Positions 29,460 to 44,689 of a stretch of 64,000 nt of DNA are shown here, piece after piece; the first letter of the stretch is position 1; each line of letters starts with the position of its first letter. The notes beneath the pieces are model-generated. The model was not told where the DNA came from, did no database searches, and worked only from the letters and a program-made list of their open reading frames with translations. Location: NCBI GenBank assembly GCA_951406725.2, contig OX597814.1, positions 65,658,001 through 65,722,000 of the forward strand. The letters run 5' to 3'. Position numbers and translations under genes: made by a program. This DNA is from Octopus vulgaris (lineage: Eukaryota).

Positions 29460-30600
29460 TTATCCAATAGCCTTATACTCCGTCCGGGCCCGGCCCTTTC
29501 CAATTTGATATTTTACAAAACCTCTGTCTCACTGTATATAGATTAACTGTGACGTTCTTTTGTCTTGGTACAGTTGCAAGTTGTTTTTCCAGCTTTGTTA
29601 GCCAGTCCGCGCTGTCTTTATGTCTCACTGGCCTATACCACAGCCTTCCCTGCAACTGGAATCAGGTCCTGGTGTTGACCTATCTCAAAAAGACGCTCTC
29701 TATGTGATTGGAACTGTCTGCTCTGTTTGAAACTTATGCATCTAACATTATATATTTTGAATTTGGCCTTCAATGTTGTCACTTTTTGTGTCAATTCTTT
29801 ATGTGCTATTTGGTTTCACCCCTTTCTAACCTGTACTGTCCATTCAATTTTCTGATTATTACCTTATTTTTGAGCCTTCTCATTATCCTATTCAATTGTC
29901 ACTATTCTTTTCGTGTCTTTTCCAGCTTCATTCGTATTATCTTCCACCAGTTTGGTTTTTCTTTTCATTTCCTTTTATATCTTCAGTTTTTCTCTTGTAG
30001 TCTGCTTATATTACATTAGCAGCAGCTATGATTATTTGGCTTATTTCACTGATGTTTTCTGTTTTAATCAAGCTTAAAATTTCATTTACTTTGCCTGTTA
30101 CTCTCCTCGCATTTCTTTCCGTCCATTTGATGGTACTTCATTGTATCCTTCAAACATTTTACCTCGCAACCTTTCAAAAATCTCAATCTCTTTATTATTC
30201 AAGTCCTGTGCTGTACTTACTGTTACTTGTACAACTAGAAAGTCTTCATTAGTCACTTTATTAGTATTCTCTCATACTCTGCAATTTCCACCTTTTCCAT
30301 GTTCTTCATCCCTTACCCCTTCATAATCGCTTTCTCCTACTACTGTTTCACTTTCCTTCTGCTTTTTTAAAATCTTTCTCTGAATTCCTTCAATCTCTAC
30401 TGCCGTAATCCAATCGTTCCTTGAACTTCTCTCGTCTATCAGTTGCTGGCCGGATGCTTCAACACCTCCTTTTTCGTCCCATATTCTTTTCATTTGATTC
30501 ATGAAGCCTCTTTCATTTGGCTCACTTCTTAGTCAGCATTGTATTACTATTTTGTTTACATCTTTTCCCCATTTCAATCTTTTTCTTTTGTACTTTTGAT
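29460..30600 (-). mobile_element. R4/Dong-like LINE N-terminal fragments
   Basis: ISNWKGPGPDGV, MKRIWDEKG...QQL.D and EIEGIQ segments. Confidence 0.6.
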
Positions 30601-30786
30601 TGTGATTTTAGTCTAGATCAATAAATAGCTTGATGACAACCTCCCAGATCTTAATCAGATACTCCCTGCCTGCCGTGTACCACACCTTCACTGTTAACAG
30701 CTGCAGTCCTGTTAGCGCAGTTCTGGTTATTATTTAATTTTGACATCACTCATTTAGAGGTAGCAATTGTTAGTTTGTGCAGACAT

Positions 30787-31022
30787 CGGCGAGCTGGCAG
30801 AAACGTTAGCACGCTGGACGAAATTCTTAGCGGTATTTCGTCTGCCATTTACGTACTGAGTTCAAATTCCGCCGAGCTCGACTTTGCCTTTCATCCTTTC
30901 GGGGTCGATAAAATAAGTACCAGTTGTGCTCCGGGGTCGATGTAATCGGCTTAATCCGTGTGTCTGTCCTTGTTTGTCCCCTCTGTGTTTAGCCCATTGT
31001 GGGTAGTAAAGAAATAGGTATT
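30787..31022 (+). mobile_element. tRNA-derived SINE family B
   Basis: ggcgagctggcagaaacgttagc...gagttcaaattcc B box...cctttcggggtcgataaaataagtaccagt. Related copies at 1-175, 35710-35810, 36230-36510, 37900-38125 (-) and 42310-42490. Confidence 0.8.
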
Positions 31023-31414
31023 GTTATCGTGGCGCCATCACTAGTGGGGTTGCTAGCGAAGGGTCCCAGAGTCCACACCTAATCTGGTATACACTGTTCT
31101 TTGTGTCTGTCTCGTTCACTCCATTGTTTTTTATCTTTGTATTTGACATTTTCATCATAGGAATATTGGTGTTGCGGTAACACAACCATCGGTGTTTTTA
31201 TTGAGACACCTTCTCTAGAGGAGTTGCCTATCTCCACCCATGAGATAGGCTTAACCCCGCTAGACTCAAACTGGTATTTCTAGGTCACTGCTTGGGCTTC
31301 CAGGTACAGCACTTTGCCCAACGGTGAGCTCATGGTAATTGTGGTTAAGAGTAACCTTGCTCTTCCCATGTTGTGACACCACAACCGAATGTAGTTTCAT
31401 TTCATACCCAAGGC

Positions 31415-31446
31415 TTATTACTATTATTGTTGTTGTTGCTATCATC

Positions 31447-31543
<97 letters not shown>
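31415..31543. repeat. Compound trinucleotide repeat (TAT)(TGT)(CAC)(CAT)n(CAG)n
   Basis: Direct reading. Confidence 0.95.
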
Positions 31544-31544
<1 letters not shown>

Positions 31545-32461
31545 TTATATGTAAAATTAATGTAAAAAAAAGGAAACCAGATCTTAATTTCTGAGAACTG
31601 AATTAACTTCTTCCTCAGTGAAAAAGAGGATAACTTTAGTGCATTATTTTACAACAAATGTCGACATTTTATGAAGAGGATTTGAGTAAAATATCAGGAA
31701 TCTGACAATTTTATGACTCAGGAGGTAATTGAGTGTCATAGATGATGGACGGATTCATTATAGATGCGGTAGTTACGTTAAATATGTGATGGTATTCCAA
31801 ATAAAATAAATGCTGTAATGTTATTAATAGTCATTTAACAGTGGTGTAGTAACTTTTTAAATTATGAGAGTTTTATGGAGGATGTAGAAATTAGTAGAGT
31901 TTTATGTCGTGCCAAAATTGTTAACTATCACATGGCCACGTCAGAATAGCAGCAATGTAATCTCTACTTCGAAATCTTTCTATAGAAAATAAATATTTTT
32001 TCCACATAGTTTCAGACTCTCGTTAGTCTTCAACAAACTAACAGTTTTGCTTACAGATACACTAGTTTGTTATGCATAGTGTAGAGGAAACTATCAGATT
32101 TATAGAGGAAGGAAACTGGCTGTTCGTTATAAGGAGAAGGTGGAATAAAATTGATTCGCAAAAGGAGGTCGTTTAAAGCTTCACTTCCACACACAACGCC
32201 ATGCAAGAGTAGGTCATGAATGTAAGTTTCTTTTTTATTAGTTACACCGTTTCTATACTTTTACGAAAATCATCTTCAGTTAGTGACTATTGCAGTATCC
32301 GAAATAGATGTGATGAGAATATCGAGTAAAGAAATCTTCGGAATTGATATATTATAAAGGAAAAAATGGTTTTAATAAACCGACTAATTTTGAATAGAAT
32401 TTTGTATGCCTACGTATATATATACGCATAGATGCGTAACACACACACACACACGCACACA

Positions 32462-32565
<104 letters not shown>

Positions 32566-33059
32566 CGCTGTTACGTGGGTGGTGAAATGTGTGGATTGGA
32601 AGATCTTATCACGATACTTGAAATAAAAAGATTCTGAAAAATAAATTGTGTTGGGATGGTATTGGAGGTTTTGATTCTTATAAAATCCGAGACTTGACAA
32701 AATCTCCGCCCTAATAGAAATCCACGAAGAGCAGGTAATGATGGAATTAAGAAGGCCTCAATGCTACAACAGATCAGCGCAAAACTTTCTGCTCTCATCA
32801 GCAGCAGATGACATTTGAAAGGAATCCTCCTGTACTGCCAACAACACAACTTAAACACCTGCAACAACAGAAGCAACCAAAATACAAAGACCAACACCAT
32901 CTAAAGCAATAGCATGAAACCGTGGCAACAGTGATTGCAGCACTAGTTATGAGACTGGAAGCAGTATCTACTGCAACAAAAGTAGCAACACAACAATGAA
33001 AGTAATAGCAACAAGAACCATAGAAACACCGCTCCCAAAATTCGCCACATCATCAACAA

Positions 33060-35500
33060 CATTAACTGAATGTCACTGCAACACATTTTTGCCTTTATCA
33101 GATTTGTTCTAACGTTTTACTTCTGACCGGCTATAATTTGCATTTCGTTCTCTCGTTTCAAGTTCCCTTCCGTCAACCAGAACCAGAGATATTTGCTTCC
33201 AACATTTTTGGTTTGTTGCATGAATAGGCCGTGTACTTCCATTTCTTTCCATTTGCTTGTTACGTTGTTCTTCCACCTCTTTTTGAATTCTCCTACTGTT
33301 TTAGCCACCAAGTATCGCAGTATTAACAATGTTTTCTACGTTTAGTAATCCTCTTCTTCCTTCCTTTCTTAGTAGGTAGAGTCAGGTGATATTGGGTGGA
33401 GCGCATTGTGCATTGTGAGCAGAATTCCAGCTCTATTCAAATTCTGTAGTTCGACTACGGACCATTTCAGAAAAGGAGCAGAGTATCTCAGTACTCGCAT
33501 AGGCCATGTATTTATGATTTTAATGATGCTCTTTCCGATTAATTTTCTTTCGAGCGCCTCTCTAATTCTCCCTAATTCTTCTCTAGTACTCTTTATTGTA
33601 GTAACTTTATTTCTCATTTCTCTTCTCATTATACTATCGCCTCGCAGCATTCCTAGATATTTGTAGCCCTCATTATTCCCCAGCGGTCTAAAGATTTTGT
33701 CTTGTGATAACTTTATGACATCAGAATTTAACTTACAGCCTCTCTTTATGATCAGTACTGCGCACTTACGTACCCCCATTTTAATATCTTTACTCTCACT
33801 GTCTATATCAAAGAATTTAGCTCTGTCTCATTTTTTTGTATAAAGATTGATGTCATCCATATAAAGTAGGTAATTTATTCTCATTTTGAATTATGTAAAC
33901 TCATAGCAGGTCTCAATTTTCTCAGTATACTTGTCAGATATTTTAGTGCAACGTCTAAGAATAATGGAGAGAGCGAGTCTCCTTGGAAAATGCCCCTCAG
34001 TATTTTCACGTTGCCTAATGATTCATTTCCACTTATCAAATCTTCTCATATTGCTTTCTCCAAAAAGTTATTTATTTTCTCATTCACTCCAAGCTTCCTT
34101 ATACACACCAAGAGCCAATTGTGTGGGACTTTGTCGTAGGCCTTCTTGTAATCCAACAGCCAAATTCTTCCTCCTTATTAGTACCTCATTTTATATTCTA
34201 TCTGTAAATAGCAGTTCCGATTGATTTCTTCCAATATTTTTTTCTCTGACAACAGATTCTCCTTTCCCAGAAAATTATATTCTTCATCTGCTATGAGGTC
34301 AGTTAAAAGTTTCCAAGAAAATGGTAAGCAAGTAATGGGTTTATAATTGCTGACATCTCCACTTTATTCTTGGAACTTCTGTGACAGTACTACCCTTCCT
34401 TTAGTCATCCATGTTGGTATTCTATTTTCCAAGGAGTTAGTAAAATAGCAGTCGTATATAACTGGGTATACAAGGGATATTCTTGAACCAGAAGCCCTTG
34501 ACATTATCTGGTCTGGGTGCTTCTCAGTTTAGTCTTTTCTTGATCACCGCTTTGACGTTCTTACCCATAATTCTTATTTTTCCTTGTGTCATTCCAGCTT
34601 CCATTTGTCTTTTAAATTCTCGCCAATACTCTGTTTTTATATTATGTTCCCTTTTTTCTTTGCTCCAGATTTCTACCCAGAATTTCATTACTACTTTAGT
34701 ATCTGGCGTATCAATTCTCTCATGTTCCTCTTCATCGTTCAGTTGTTCATAAAATTTCCTTGTGCTTGAAGAGTATGTTCTACTGGTACTGATTTGTTCT
34801 CAATTGTTATCTGATTTTTAAAAAACTCTTCTATTACTATTCTTTCCTATGGTTGTTGCATTATTTGACCAAGATCTCTCTTGAACTTTTGGCTTTGCCC
34901 TTTGTTTAACTTTCATTTTAACCCGAATATTTTACACAGGGACAGAGGCTGTGTAAAAGAGAAGGTCATTTATATCTCTTACGTTTTCGTTCTAGATTTT
35001 CACAAACAGTTCGTCCATCTTCTCTGCTTCTTTATATAGTTTTCGTCTTTCGATTTTTTTTAGGGCTCTTACTTTCGCTATTTCCAGCCTTATTCAGGTG
35101 GAGTAGGGATCTCTTTTCTTCCTCTGTAACTGTCTTTTCCTCCTTAATGTATAATTTACCTTCATTCGAGCAACTGTTTCTTTTGTGAGATTTTATTGGT
35201 TTCTGTGCTAATCCTTTTACTTGTTCTGCTTTTATTTTCTTCGTGTTTAGAGTAGTCACGTTCACACTTGTTCACTAGATCTCCTCTAGTTGCAACTAGG
35301 ATAACCACTGCTTTCACGATTAAAATTGTTTGGTGCAGAATTGTTCCGTGAGAAGGAATACATCTTTCTCTGTTCAAACTTTATGCATTCTTTTCAGGTA
35401 TCCCATTTTAAGAGACTTGGTTCTGTAATCGCATTCCATTACTGTTCTATTGCCGTTTTGAGTTCATTTTCTCCTAATCTTTTATCAGTGGATCATTTAC
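33060..35500 (-). mobile_element. Decayed R4/Dong-like LINE RT
   Basis: NYKPITCL, LLYMDDINLY, KCAVLIIKRG, GYKYLGML, INTWPMRVLRYSA, WL..GNLKRE.E..IIAGQ. Confidence 0.75.
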
Positions 35501-36816
35501 TGTGTGAAGACCTTCATTCGAGTTCCAGGTTTCATAAAAGCAGATGTGACGAATTTTATTTGCCATTACCCTCCTTCGGAAGACTGTAGTATTGAGGCGT
35601 CACAACTACCAGTGGTTTCTTTTATAGAGACAACCAAGGCTAATGTACATTTTTCCTAGTGTGGTAGATTTATTCCCATGAAAATATTTTCTGTTTTTTT
35701 TTGTTCTGTAGATAAAATAAGTACCAGTTGAACATTGGGGTCGATGTAATCGACTCATCCCCTGTCCCCAAAATTGCTACTCTTATGGCAACATTTCAAA
35801 CCATTATTATTATTGTTTGTTTCTTTGCACAGCTTCTTAACGCTGAAGATATACTACGGTGTCAGCTGTTCACTATCAGGAGAGTAGTTCATGCCATTAA
35901 AATGACACTGGGATGAGATATACAAAGCCCAGTATGCCCATTATGACTACCCGTCGGATAAGGGTACACCAGACACATGCATCAGAGCCATATATGCATA
36001 TGATCTCACATCAAGAGACACAACGCATGGCCATGCAGGTGGGGATCAGCTTAAAAGGTCTCTGAATAAGGGTTGTTTAAGGAAGTTGGACAAAACAGCC
36101 ATGTTTCCGGAGGTGAATTATCCAAAACCCAAATAATTCCTCTCAACACATGGCTATGATCCTTCCCCACTACTTCTGATCGTGATCAGAGATGCACATA
36201 TTGACAGCCACTAAGGGACATGAGCTGACAGAATTGCTACTGTGCCGGACGAAAGGCTTAGCGTGATTTCTTTCGGCTTTAAGTTCCGAGTACAAATTCT
36301 TCCAGGCTGGGCATTGCCATTCATTCTTTCCGGGTCCTAACAATAAATGTCAGTTGAACACTGGGTTCATGTAAGTGGCAAGTTGAGGTCTACAATGCTT
36401 TTCAGCCTTTCGAAATCGATAAAATAATGTACTACCCAAGTATTTCATCAATATAATCGACTAAACCTTGCCCCTCAAAATGTCTAGACCCTGTGACTAA
36501 ATAAGAAACGATTACTATTATTTTTATGTTGTTCGTATTTACGCCTCGTACAGTTTCGAAAATATTTTATCTAATGTGTCCCTCCACCTTTTAGCCAGTT
36601 GAAGGTGATTTGAGTGAGATTTGGTCCCCATTACTAGATGTTCGAAATACGACGTTAATACAATTTTTTAGTCATGTTATTTATTGAAGTATTTGTGTAT
36701 TTGCATAATTGTTGAGGTTGTTGTTTGATGATGAATGAATATTTGTCACAAAATGTATCGAAAACATTAGAATTTGTTCTGGAAAAAATTATAAAAGTGA
36801 TGACATAAATACTCAC

Positions 36817-37058
36817 CTATAATAATCTTCCTTGCAGTAGAGGTTGCCGTTACGGGCGAAGCATGTTAAATAAGAATCGAGCCTCAACTTGCACTCACAG
36901 CATTTAAGACAAGAGGCATGCCACTGGCGCTCAGCAACCATCATATAATAGCGGTCCATTATACGCTTGCCGCAACTAGCGCATAGCCACATGCGAGAAG
37001 GAGATTCCAAAGAATCTGCCCGAAGATCTTTTGGACTGTCCGACATTCTGAACTGATC
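36817..37058 (-). CDS. Lhx2/9: Exon encoding LIM domain 1 of the Lhx2/Lhx9 (apterous) gene
   Basis: CASCGKRIMDRYYMMVAERQWHASCLKCCECKLRLDSYLTCFARNGNLYCKEDYY. Acceptor ttttgtttcag before 37058 and donor gtgagt at 36811-36816. The split codon AG|G gives KEDYYRRY as in LHX2 KEDYYRRF. Confidence 0.95.
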
Positions 37059-37899
37059 CTGAAACAAAAAATCATTACTAGAAATAACAAAGGGTCAAAC
37101 GAATGGCGAAAAACAACTTAACTAGAATTATTATTTACACCAAGTCTCAAAATTACTTGTTATCTTTCAGTTACAAGCTGAAGTAAAGTCGATTGAACAT
37201 GATATCTAACTATAACAAATGTCATAACATCATTACTATGTGTATTTATTTCGTCAAACATTCAAACTCGTGACGTTCCACTTTGCGCACTCTCATTACA
37301 GTATCCCGAAACAGTATGATGTGTGCTGAACTAGTTGGATAAAAAGGAACTTAACACTTTTACAAAAATGAAATTTCAGGTAACAGCATCTGGTCCAACA
37401 TTCCCCGATGCAAAGCAATTTAATCAGATAATAAATGTAGTTTTACCTCCAAATTTATGTATTTAAAAATAACTTCGCATCAGACAGTTTCTAGTTGACT
37501 AACTATATGACCAAATTTGACTTTTCTCTTCGATTTAATGAATAATATTTAATTTATAATGAACATAATCTAATCAATTATTGTTCTTGTTATATTCAAC
37601 CACAGTATTTTTGTTGTCTCACTTGAAAATATTACTAAATTTTCTTCAAATCACACACAGTCTATAAAAACGGAATGAGACATGAATGAACGTAGAATCT
37701 CCTCATTCATACATTTATATGAGGTCTACATTGTTTTGATTGTACTATTATCCGCGTCTCCAATGTGAAAGTATTTGTGTGTATATACTTGCATATTAGT
37801 ATCTGATTTTGCATGAGAGTGTATGCATACATGTGCATACACCTTTGGGTCTTTGACCAACCAATACCAGCAAACAAAACATCCGTTGATTTTACAATA

Positions 37900-38125
37900 T
37901 TGATTTCAAATATTGGCACAAGGTCAGCCTTTTCGGTGGAGGAGGTGGTGGTGGGAAGTCGATTGTATCGACTCCAGTACTCAACTAGTACTTATCTTAT
38001 CAACTCGAAAGGATAAAAGATAATGTCGATCTCGGCGGAATTTGATCCTATAACATGAAGATGGACGAATTACAGCTAAGCATTTCACCCGGCATGCTAA
38101 CGATTCTGCCAGATCGCTACCTTTA
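37900..38125 (-). mobile_element. SINE family B
   Basis: Reverse complement of the family B head (ggcggaatttga...gctaacgattctgccag). Confidence 0.7.
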
Positions 38126-38587
38126 AAGAGAAAAGTGGCTTGCGAGCCGTGAGAAACAATTGATCCATGTACCTCTTAAATTTTGATTAAGCGATCTGTA
38201 TCATTAAGCGAAATAACCCGCGACAATCGATTATACAGTATTGATACTAGTACTTACGAACCAACAAATGAGCCTCAACACATAACCCTACCTGCAAGAT
38301 ATAGCAATCAAATTTTTTTCATATCCTACCTAACTGTTTTGAAAAACAAATGCAAATAATGCAGTCGTGGTCATACAAAAATAATAAAGCAAAGAACTGG
38401 TTTGACATGTTTAGGACGCCTTTGCTTATAAATCTGATCAATTATTGCGGACGTGGTGCTAACCAACTAAGCAACAAAGCAAACAACAATAACTGTAAAT
38501 ATTTGCATGTAAACAGGCTATGTATAAAAAAGACCGTATATTGATATGTGTACATATATGTATATGATTGTATGTATGCATATATAT

Positions 38588-38972
38588 TCTCTTTTTACTT
38601 GTTTCAGTCGTATGACTGTGGCCATGCTGGAGTACCGCCTTTAGTCAAACAAATCGACCCCAGGACTTATTCTTTGTAAGCCTAGTACTTATTCTATCGG
38701 TCTGTTTTGCCAAACCGCTAAGTTACGAGGTTGTAAACATACCAGCATCGGTTGTCAAGCGATGTTGGGGGGACAAACACAGACACACACACATGCATAT
38801 ATATACATATATACGATGGGCTTCTTTCAGTTTCCGTCTACCAAATCCACTCACAAGGCTTTGGTTGGCTCGAGGCTATAGAAGACACTTGCCCAAGGTG
38901 TCACGCAGTGGGACTGAACCCGGAACCATGTGGTTCGTAAGCAAGGTACTTACCACACAGCCAATCCTACAC
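38588..38972 (-). mobile_element. SINE family A
   Basis: Full-length match to the other copies. Confidence 0.85.
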
Positions 38973-39114
38973 CTATATATATATATATACATATGTATGT
39001 ATATATATATGTGCGTGTGTGTGTGCATGCATGTGTGTGCGTGTGTGTGTGCGCGTGTGTGTGTGCGTATGTGTGTGTGGGTGTGTGCGTGTGTGTCTCT
39101 GTGTACGTCGCATG

Positions 39115-39425
39115 TAGGGCAGTGTTGTGCTTCCAAACTACATGCTCTCTTGTTCAGTCCCACTCTATAGCTTCTTGGGTGAGTACCTTCTAGTATGACC
39201 CCGGATTGACCAAAGTCATGTGAGTGCATTTGGCAGACTGACACTGAATGAAACACACACACACATACACATAGACACACATATACATGCATACATTTAT
39301 GTATATATGAGTGTGTTTTTTTCTGTTTCCGTTAGTTTCTCTCCACCGCTTGTTATGCGTTGTTGGTGTTTACGTCCTCGTAAACTAGCTGTTCGGCAAA
39401 AGAAACCGATAGAATAAGTACAGGG
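39115..39425 (+). mobile_element. SINE family A, diverged, opposite orientation
   Basis: gttcagtcccact head ... gttcggcaaaagaaaccgatagaataagtac tail. Confidence 0.7.
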
Positions 39426-39550
39426 ACCAAATTGTCCCTCTAAACACTTCAAGGCACATCCCTGAAGCAAATAATAAGATAATAAAAGGAATACAAAACA
39501 CACACATTCATGTGCGCGCGCGTGTTATATATTTATAGATAGATAGATAA

Positions 39551-39583
<33 letters not shown>

Positions 39584-40398
39584 AAGGTAGACTGTGAACC
39601 ACGGGTGACACAATATATTATGCGATAGACCGAAACCTTATTCTTCAGCCATCTGCAACACTGACAGCTTGCTGATTCCTCGATGTAGATATTTATATTT
39701 TGACAGCATGTTTGTTATTTTTAATGAGGTGTTTCTTTGTTGTTTTATCTTTTAATGAGCTATGTTTTCTATGATTGTTTCCGGATTGGCAACATTGTAT
39801 TGTATGTTGCTCTCCTTTATGCTTTGTGTATACAACAGCTTGTTTACATGTGACACCAACTTATCGTTGTAGTCAACCGTAAATACACTGCCTATGTCGA
39901 CGAATACATAGCAAAATTTTCTCTTTTATTAAGTAGATGTATCAATTACATGAGGTTCTTTGAACATTTCGTTGTTGCTTGAGCCGTCGTTTTTTTTACA
40001 GGATGTTTGTGCATGTTTACAAGTAACCGGACGATAACATGCATACTTAATTAGGCATTACCGGATATTGCGTCACTTTTCGAATGAAACTATGCACGAT
40101 ATTGGTATAGAAATTATTGCTAGGGTTTTATATTTGTATATAAAAACATCACTTACTATCCGTGAAATTTATGAATTAAAGGTGAAACTTAAATGGCCCT
40201 CTCCACTACAAGCTTTAATCCCTGCAATAATCGATTATTTTGCAGAAGAACTACGATTTTCAAGCTATTTAGTGCTACAGATTCTATTTTTTAATTATCT
40301 CCTGTTATTGTTGCCGTTTCACATCATTCCATTGACAATGGAACAAGGGGAATTACGTTCTAACACTTTTAAATAGTTTCCTCTATCCAGTGCTATAA

Positions 40399-40429
<31 letters not shown>

Positions 40430-40609
40430 CATTGTACACCACGTGCGCGCACACACTCACACGCATACCCTCACACACACCCTCACACACTCACGCATGT
40501 ATGTGCACCATGCGTGCACACATACATGTATGTATGTATGTGCAGATTTGTATGCTTTTGAATGTAACCTCATGCATGTAGTTGCATAACTAGACATGCT
40601 CATATATAT

Positions 40610-41145
40610 TTAAATGATAAACTTCTCGAAAGTTTTACAGATTTTTATTGTTCCATTGATGGATTGGATCCGAAATCTTCGAATTAGCTTTCTCCTTTTT
40701 GGTTTCGAGAAGCCTAATTTCTCAATTGGTATTTAAGCAGTGTGTTACAAATCTCAGGGCCCCAATAATTACAGGTACAAACCTAGACTTGTAAACTGGA
40801 TAGAGTAACAAAAGATTTCTCAATAGTTCAGCATAGGTACTCTAATTTTCACTGATCTTCAGCTTTATGTTAACATCCGCTGAGCAGCTAATTTCTATAA
40901 CTGTACACAGTTTGTCCTCTATCACAAATCATTATATTAGGTTTGTTGTGCTTACATTTTATTGAGGTATTCACTGGCACATTCCACTACTATTCCTTTC
41001 TTATTATGAGTGACCATGGCTTCTACCGTATTGTGGATTCTTATTTCTTTGTACTCGGTATTATCCTTCCGACATATTTCATTATAGAGTGTCTTAGCTA
41101 CATCATGTCTCATCGGTAGATAACCCGTTATGACATTCTCGGACA
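40610..41145 (-). mobile_element. 3' end of a restriction-like-endonuclease LINE
   Basis: YLPMRHD...KHNKPNIM...FVPVIIGAL; terminates at a TA tract. Confidence 0.65.
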
Positions 41146-43119
41146 ATTGCTTATGTATGTATGTATGTATGTATGTATGTATGTATGTATGTATGTATGT
41201 ATGTATGTATGTATGTATGTATGTATGTATGTATTATGCGAGTGCGTGAGCAAACAAACAGAAAACAGAAATAGCACTCCTCTCAACACATATAGCTAGA
41301 GTTAAAGTTTCCTGGCAGTGAAAGCACAATCATCTGCTCTGATATTCGGAAACAGATTGAAGAAAAGGAAAATGGCTCTTTATTCCAAAGATTACCTTAC
41401 CCGCATTGGTTACTTTGATGACATTAGCTGAATGTCACTTACTATATCAGAGTGCGTGCATGGTGCTTGACGTATATGTGATTGGTGGATCAGCTGGATC
41501 GGTGAGTTACCAAATGCGGAGAAGTAATCTCTGTACAGACAGCTTACCTTGTATAACAGATTACAGAAAGACGATAGCCTCTATACGAGCTGGAAAACGT
41601 ACCACCGAAGAAGCTGACACAGATCAATTAGAAGGCGAAAAGTGTAATTAAATTTATGCACTGAACATTTTCCGTGAGCCGTCGCATAGTACATCCGTGA
41701 AAAAATTATTATCCAAATCACCCAGATGACATCCTTCGTTGACAGGCATTGAAAACTTTATTAGAGCTTGATTAACATCATCAAAAAAGGTAAGATCCGA
41801 GCTCATTTCAATATACCTTGAACAATGACATGAAACACTTCAAACATTAGTTTTTATTCTGCCTGGTTGACCAAACAAAGGACATTTATGAAACAAATAT
41901 CTCTACCCACAAAGACTCCTTTTTAACAACATAGAAGAAAACCAGCATCACAAAGTACAGCAACAAAAATACGGAGACGAAAAAGTAGCCATCCTCACTA
42001 AGGTAGTTGTTTTTTCTCATCGCCTCGCCACTCGCCTGTCCATATCACGATTAAGGCTCACAAGGTAACTTTCCCTCTAAACCTAGATGCAGGTTAATTA
42101 GTGCATCAAAGACTGAGAGAGACATTGTATTCTCGATGACGTCAACTCTGACATAAGAAGGGCCACAGGGTTGATACAATAGGCTTGCTTCATCGCTCTC
42201 ATTCAATGTTTCCGCGGTATCGAGAACAAAGCAGTTTCAAACTCCTTTAATTCGACATCGTAGATTTTTACCTCTTTGATATCGAAACTCCGTCTCTTGA
42301 AGGACATATGTCTAAGTGCTTAGCGGCATTTCGTCTGTCTTTACATTCTATGTTCTAATTCCGTCGAGGTCATTGTGTGCCTTTCACCCTACGGGGTCGA
42401 TAAAATAAGTACCAGCTGGTCAGTAATCGACTTACCCCGTACCCAGCACTTTTTGGCCATGTGCCAAAATTTGAAGCCAGTATGTAAAATAGTGTAACTG
42501 TTGTTGCTGGGTATCACAAAAACAACGTCAATCGAAGTGACCAATGGCATGAGGACTGTTGTTTTAACTGGAGACTGGCAAGTTATATTAGATCTTGGTA
42601 TTTTGTTAGACAGAGCCAATCTAGAACATCTCAAAATGAGTACTAAGTCAAATATGGGGTCAAAGAGTAATAATTGCTAATATGTTTTTAACATCGTCAA
42701 CGCTGATATTTCTTCTTTAAGTTTCAATATGAAATTATCGAAAGAGTAAAACGAAAATTTAAAACTTTACGAAATAGATAAAAAAGTAGTTTTTAAAAAT
42801 GGTGATCGATTTAGTGACGGTGTTAATATTATCGGTGATTGTGTGAATACGTTGAAAGTAAATGATAGTTTTCTCATAATGGTAGGTTTCATAATGACCT
42901 ATATATAAAAATAAATGTGATAATGATATCGGCACAGAGATTTAAGATTTAAAGGCGAAGGTATGAGTGCATGGATAACGAATGTGCTTTGCAAGCCTGC
43001 AGTTTAGGGATTGATTTCTATTTACGGTTCTCTTAATATTCAATCCATTACTATTCCTTCAGGTTGCCAGTGGAATTTGTTTAAAGATCGTAGTGAATAT
43101 GAAATTATTTATTATATGC

Positions 43120-44560
43120 CCTACTACAGGCCAATCTCTCTGACCTCACATATAAGTAAAGTCATGGCACGAATCATCAGAAACAAGATGATAATGTTCC
43201 TAGAAGAAATTACCTACTGGACAATACACAGCATGGCTTCCATCCAGGAAGAAGCTGCCTCATACAACTCCTACAGCACTTGTACTGAATTTTGAAACAG
43301 CTGGTTGACCATTCGGGTGTCATCGTGATGTACCTTGCCTTTGCAAAGGCGTTTGATAAGGTAGATCATGACATGATATGTCATAAGCTATGAGACCTTG
43401 GCGTTGCTGGTAAACTGGGGGAGTGGCTGCGTGACTTCCTTAAAGACAGAAGTCAGGTAGTTGCAGCAAATGGTGTCCTTTCTGAGGAAACTCAAATCCC
43501 AAATAGTGTCTCCCTTCTGGGAACTGTTCTGGGGCCATTACCGTTCATAATAGCCCTCTTAGACATGCCCACGGTCATTCGGACAGCCACTGTCACTAGC
43601 TATGCCTAAGATACAAAATTATCACAGGCAATAATAAACCAAGATGGTGTCGCAAGCTTACAGCGGGACCTGAATTTGATGTACAAGTGGGCCGAAATAA
43701 ACAGTATACAGTTTAATGCGAAAAAATTTCAAGCACTGCACTATCAACTCACGAATGCACTACAGCCTGAATATACAGGAACCAAAGGCACAGACAGTGA
43801 AAAACTTGGGGATCAGGATATGCAGTGACGCATCATTTTATATGCACATTACCAAGATGACAGCAATGTTCAGACAACAGACAGGATGGATACTGAGGTC
43901 CTTCAAGACAAGTGACTAACAAAATATGTTGACCATGTGGAGAACATTTGTTCTCAGCTACCTGGACTACTGCTCCCGGTTATGGTCACCACACAGTGCC
44001 AAGCTAACCGCGGAGCTTGAGACAGTCCAACGCCACTACGCTAAAGAGATTGAAACAGTACAGCGGATGAGCTACAGGGAAAGGCTGAAAAACTACAGCT
44101 TTACTCCCTGAAGTGAATGCATGAGAAACATGCAATAAACTACATATCGAAAACTCTACAGGGTCTAGTTCTTAATTTTCGCATTGAGTGTTATATATAT
44201 TCCAGAACCGGCCACCATTGTATTGTACCAAAGGTACCATCTACTCCATCTAAATTCAGGAACAGATACTGCAATATGCCCACAGCTCTTCAATGCCCCA
44301 CCATAAAATTTAAGAAACCTGCATAAGATGGAAGTAGATGTCTTCAATAAGGAACTAGACACCCTCCTCTCCACAATACCGGATGAACCAAAATCCCGAC
44401 ATGAGGTGCAGACGAGGGCAGCAGAACCAAACTCCCTTATACACCAAATGGGCCAACAGCTGAGACAAAGGCACATACAGAAGTGGTGACGTGAAACGCC
44501 CCAAACTAAGGAAATCAGAAAGACCGTAGTGATGGTCCAGCATGACCGCAGCCGCATAGC
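43120..44560 (+). mobile_element. Decayed CR1/L2-like LINE RT to 3' end
   Basis: YRPISLTSHISKV, QHGF..GRSC, YLAFAKAFDKVDH, GTVLGP, YA*DTK, LDYCS.LWSP. Confidence 0.85.
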
Positions 44561-44658
44561 TGAAAGGAGTAAAAGAATAAAAGAATATTTATTTATTTAT
44601 TTGTGTGTATGTATGTGTGTTTGTGTGTGTATGTGTGTGTGTGTGTGTGAAAGAGTGT

Positions 44659-44689
<31 letters not shown>
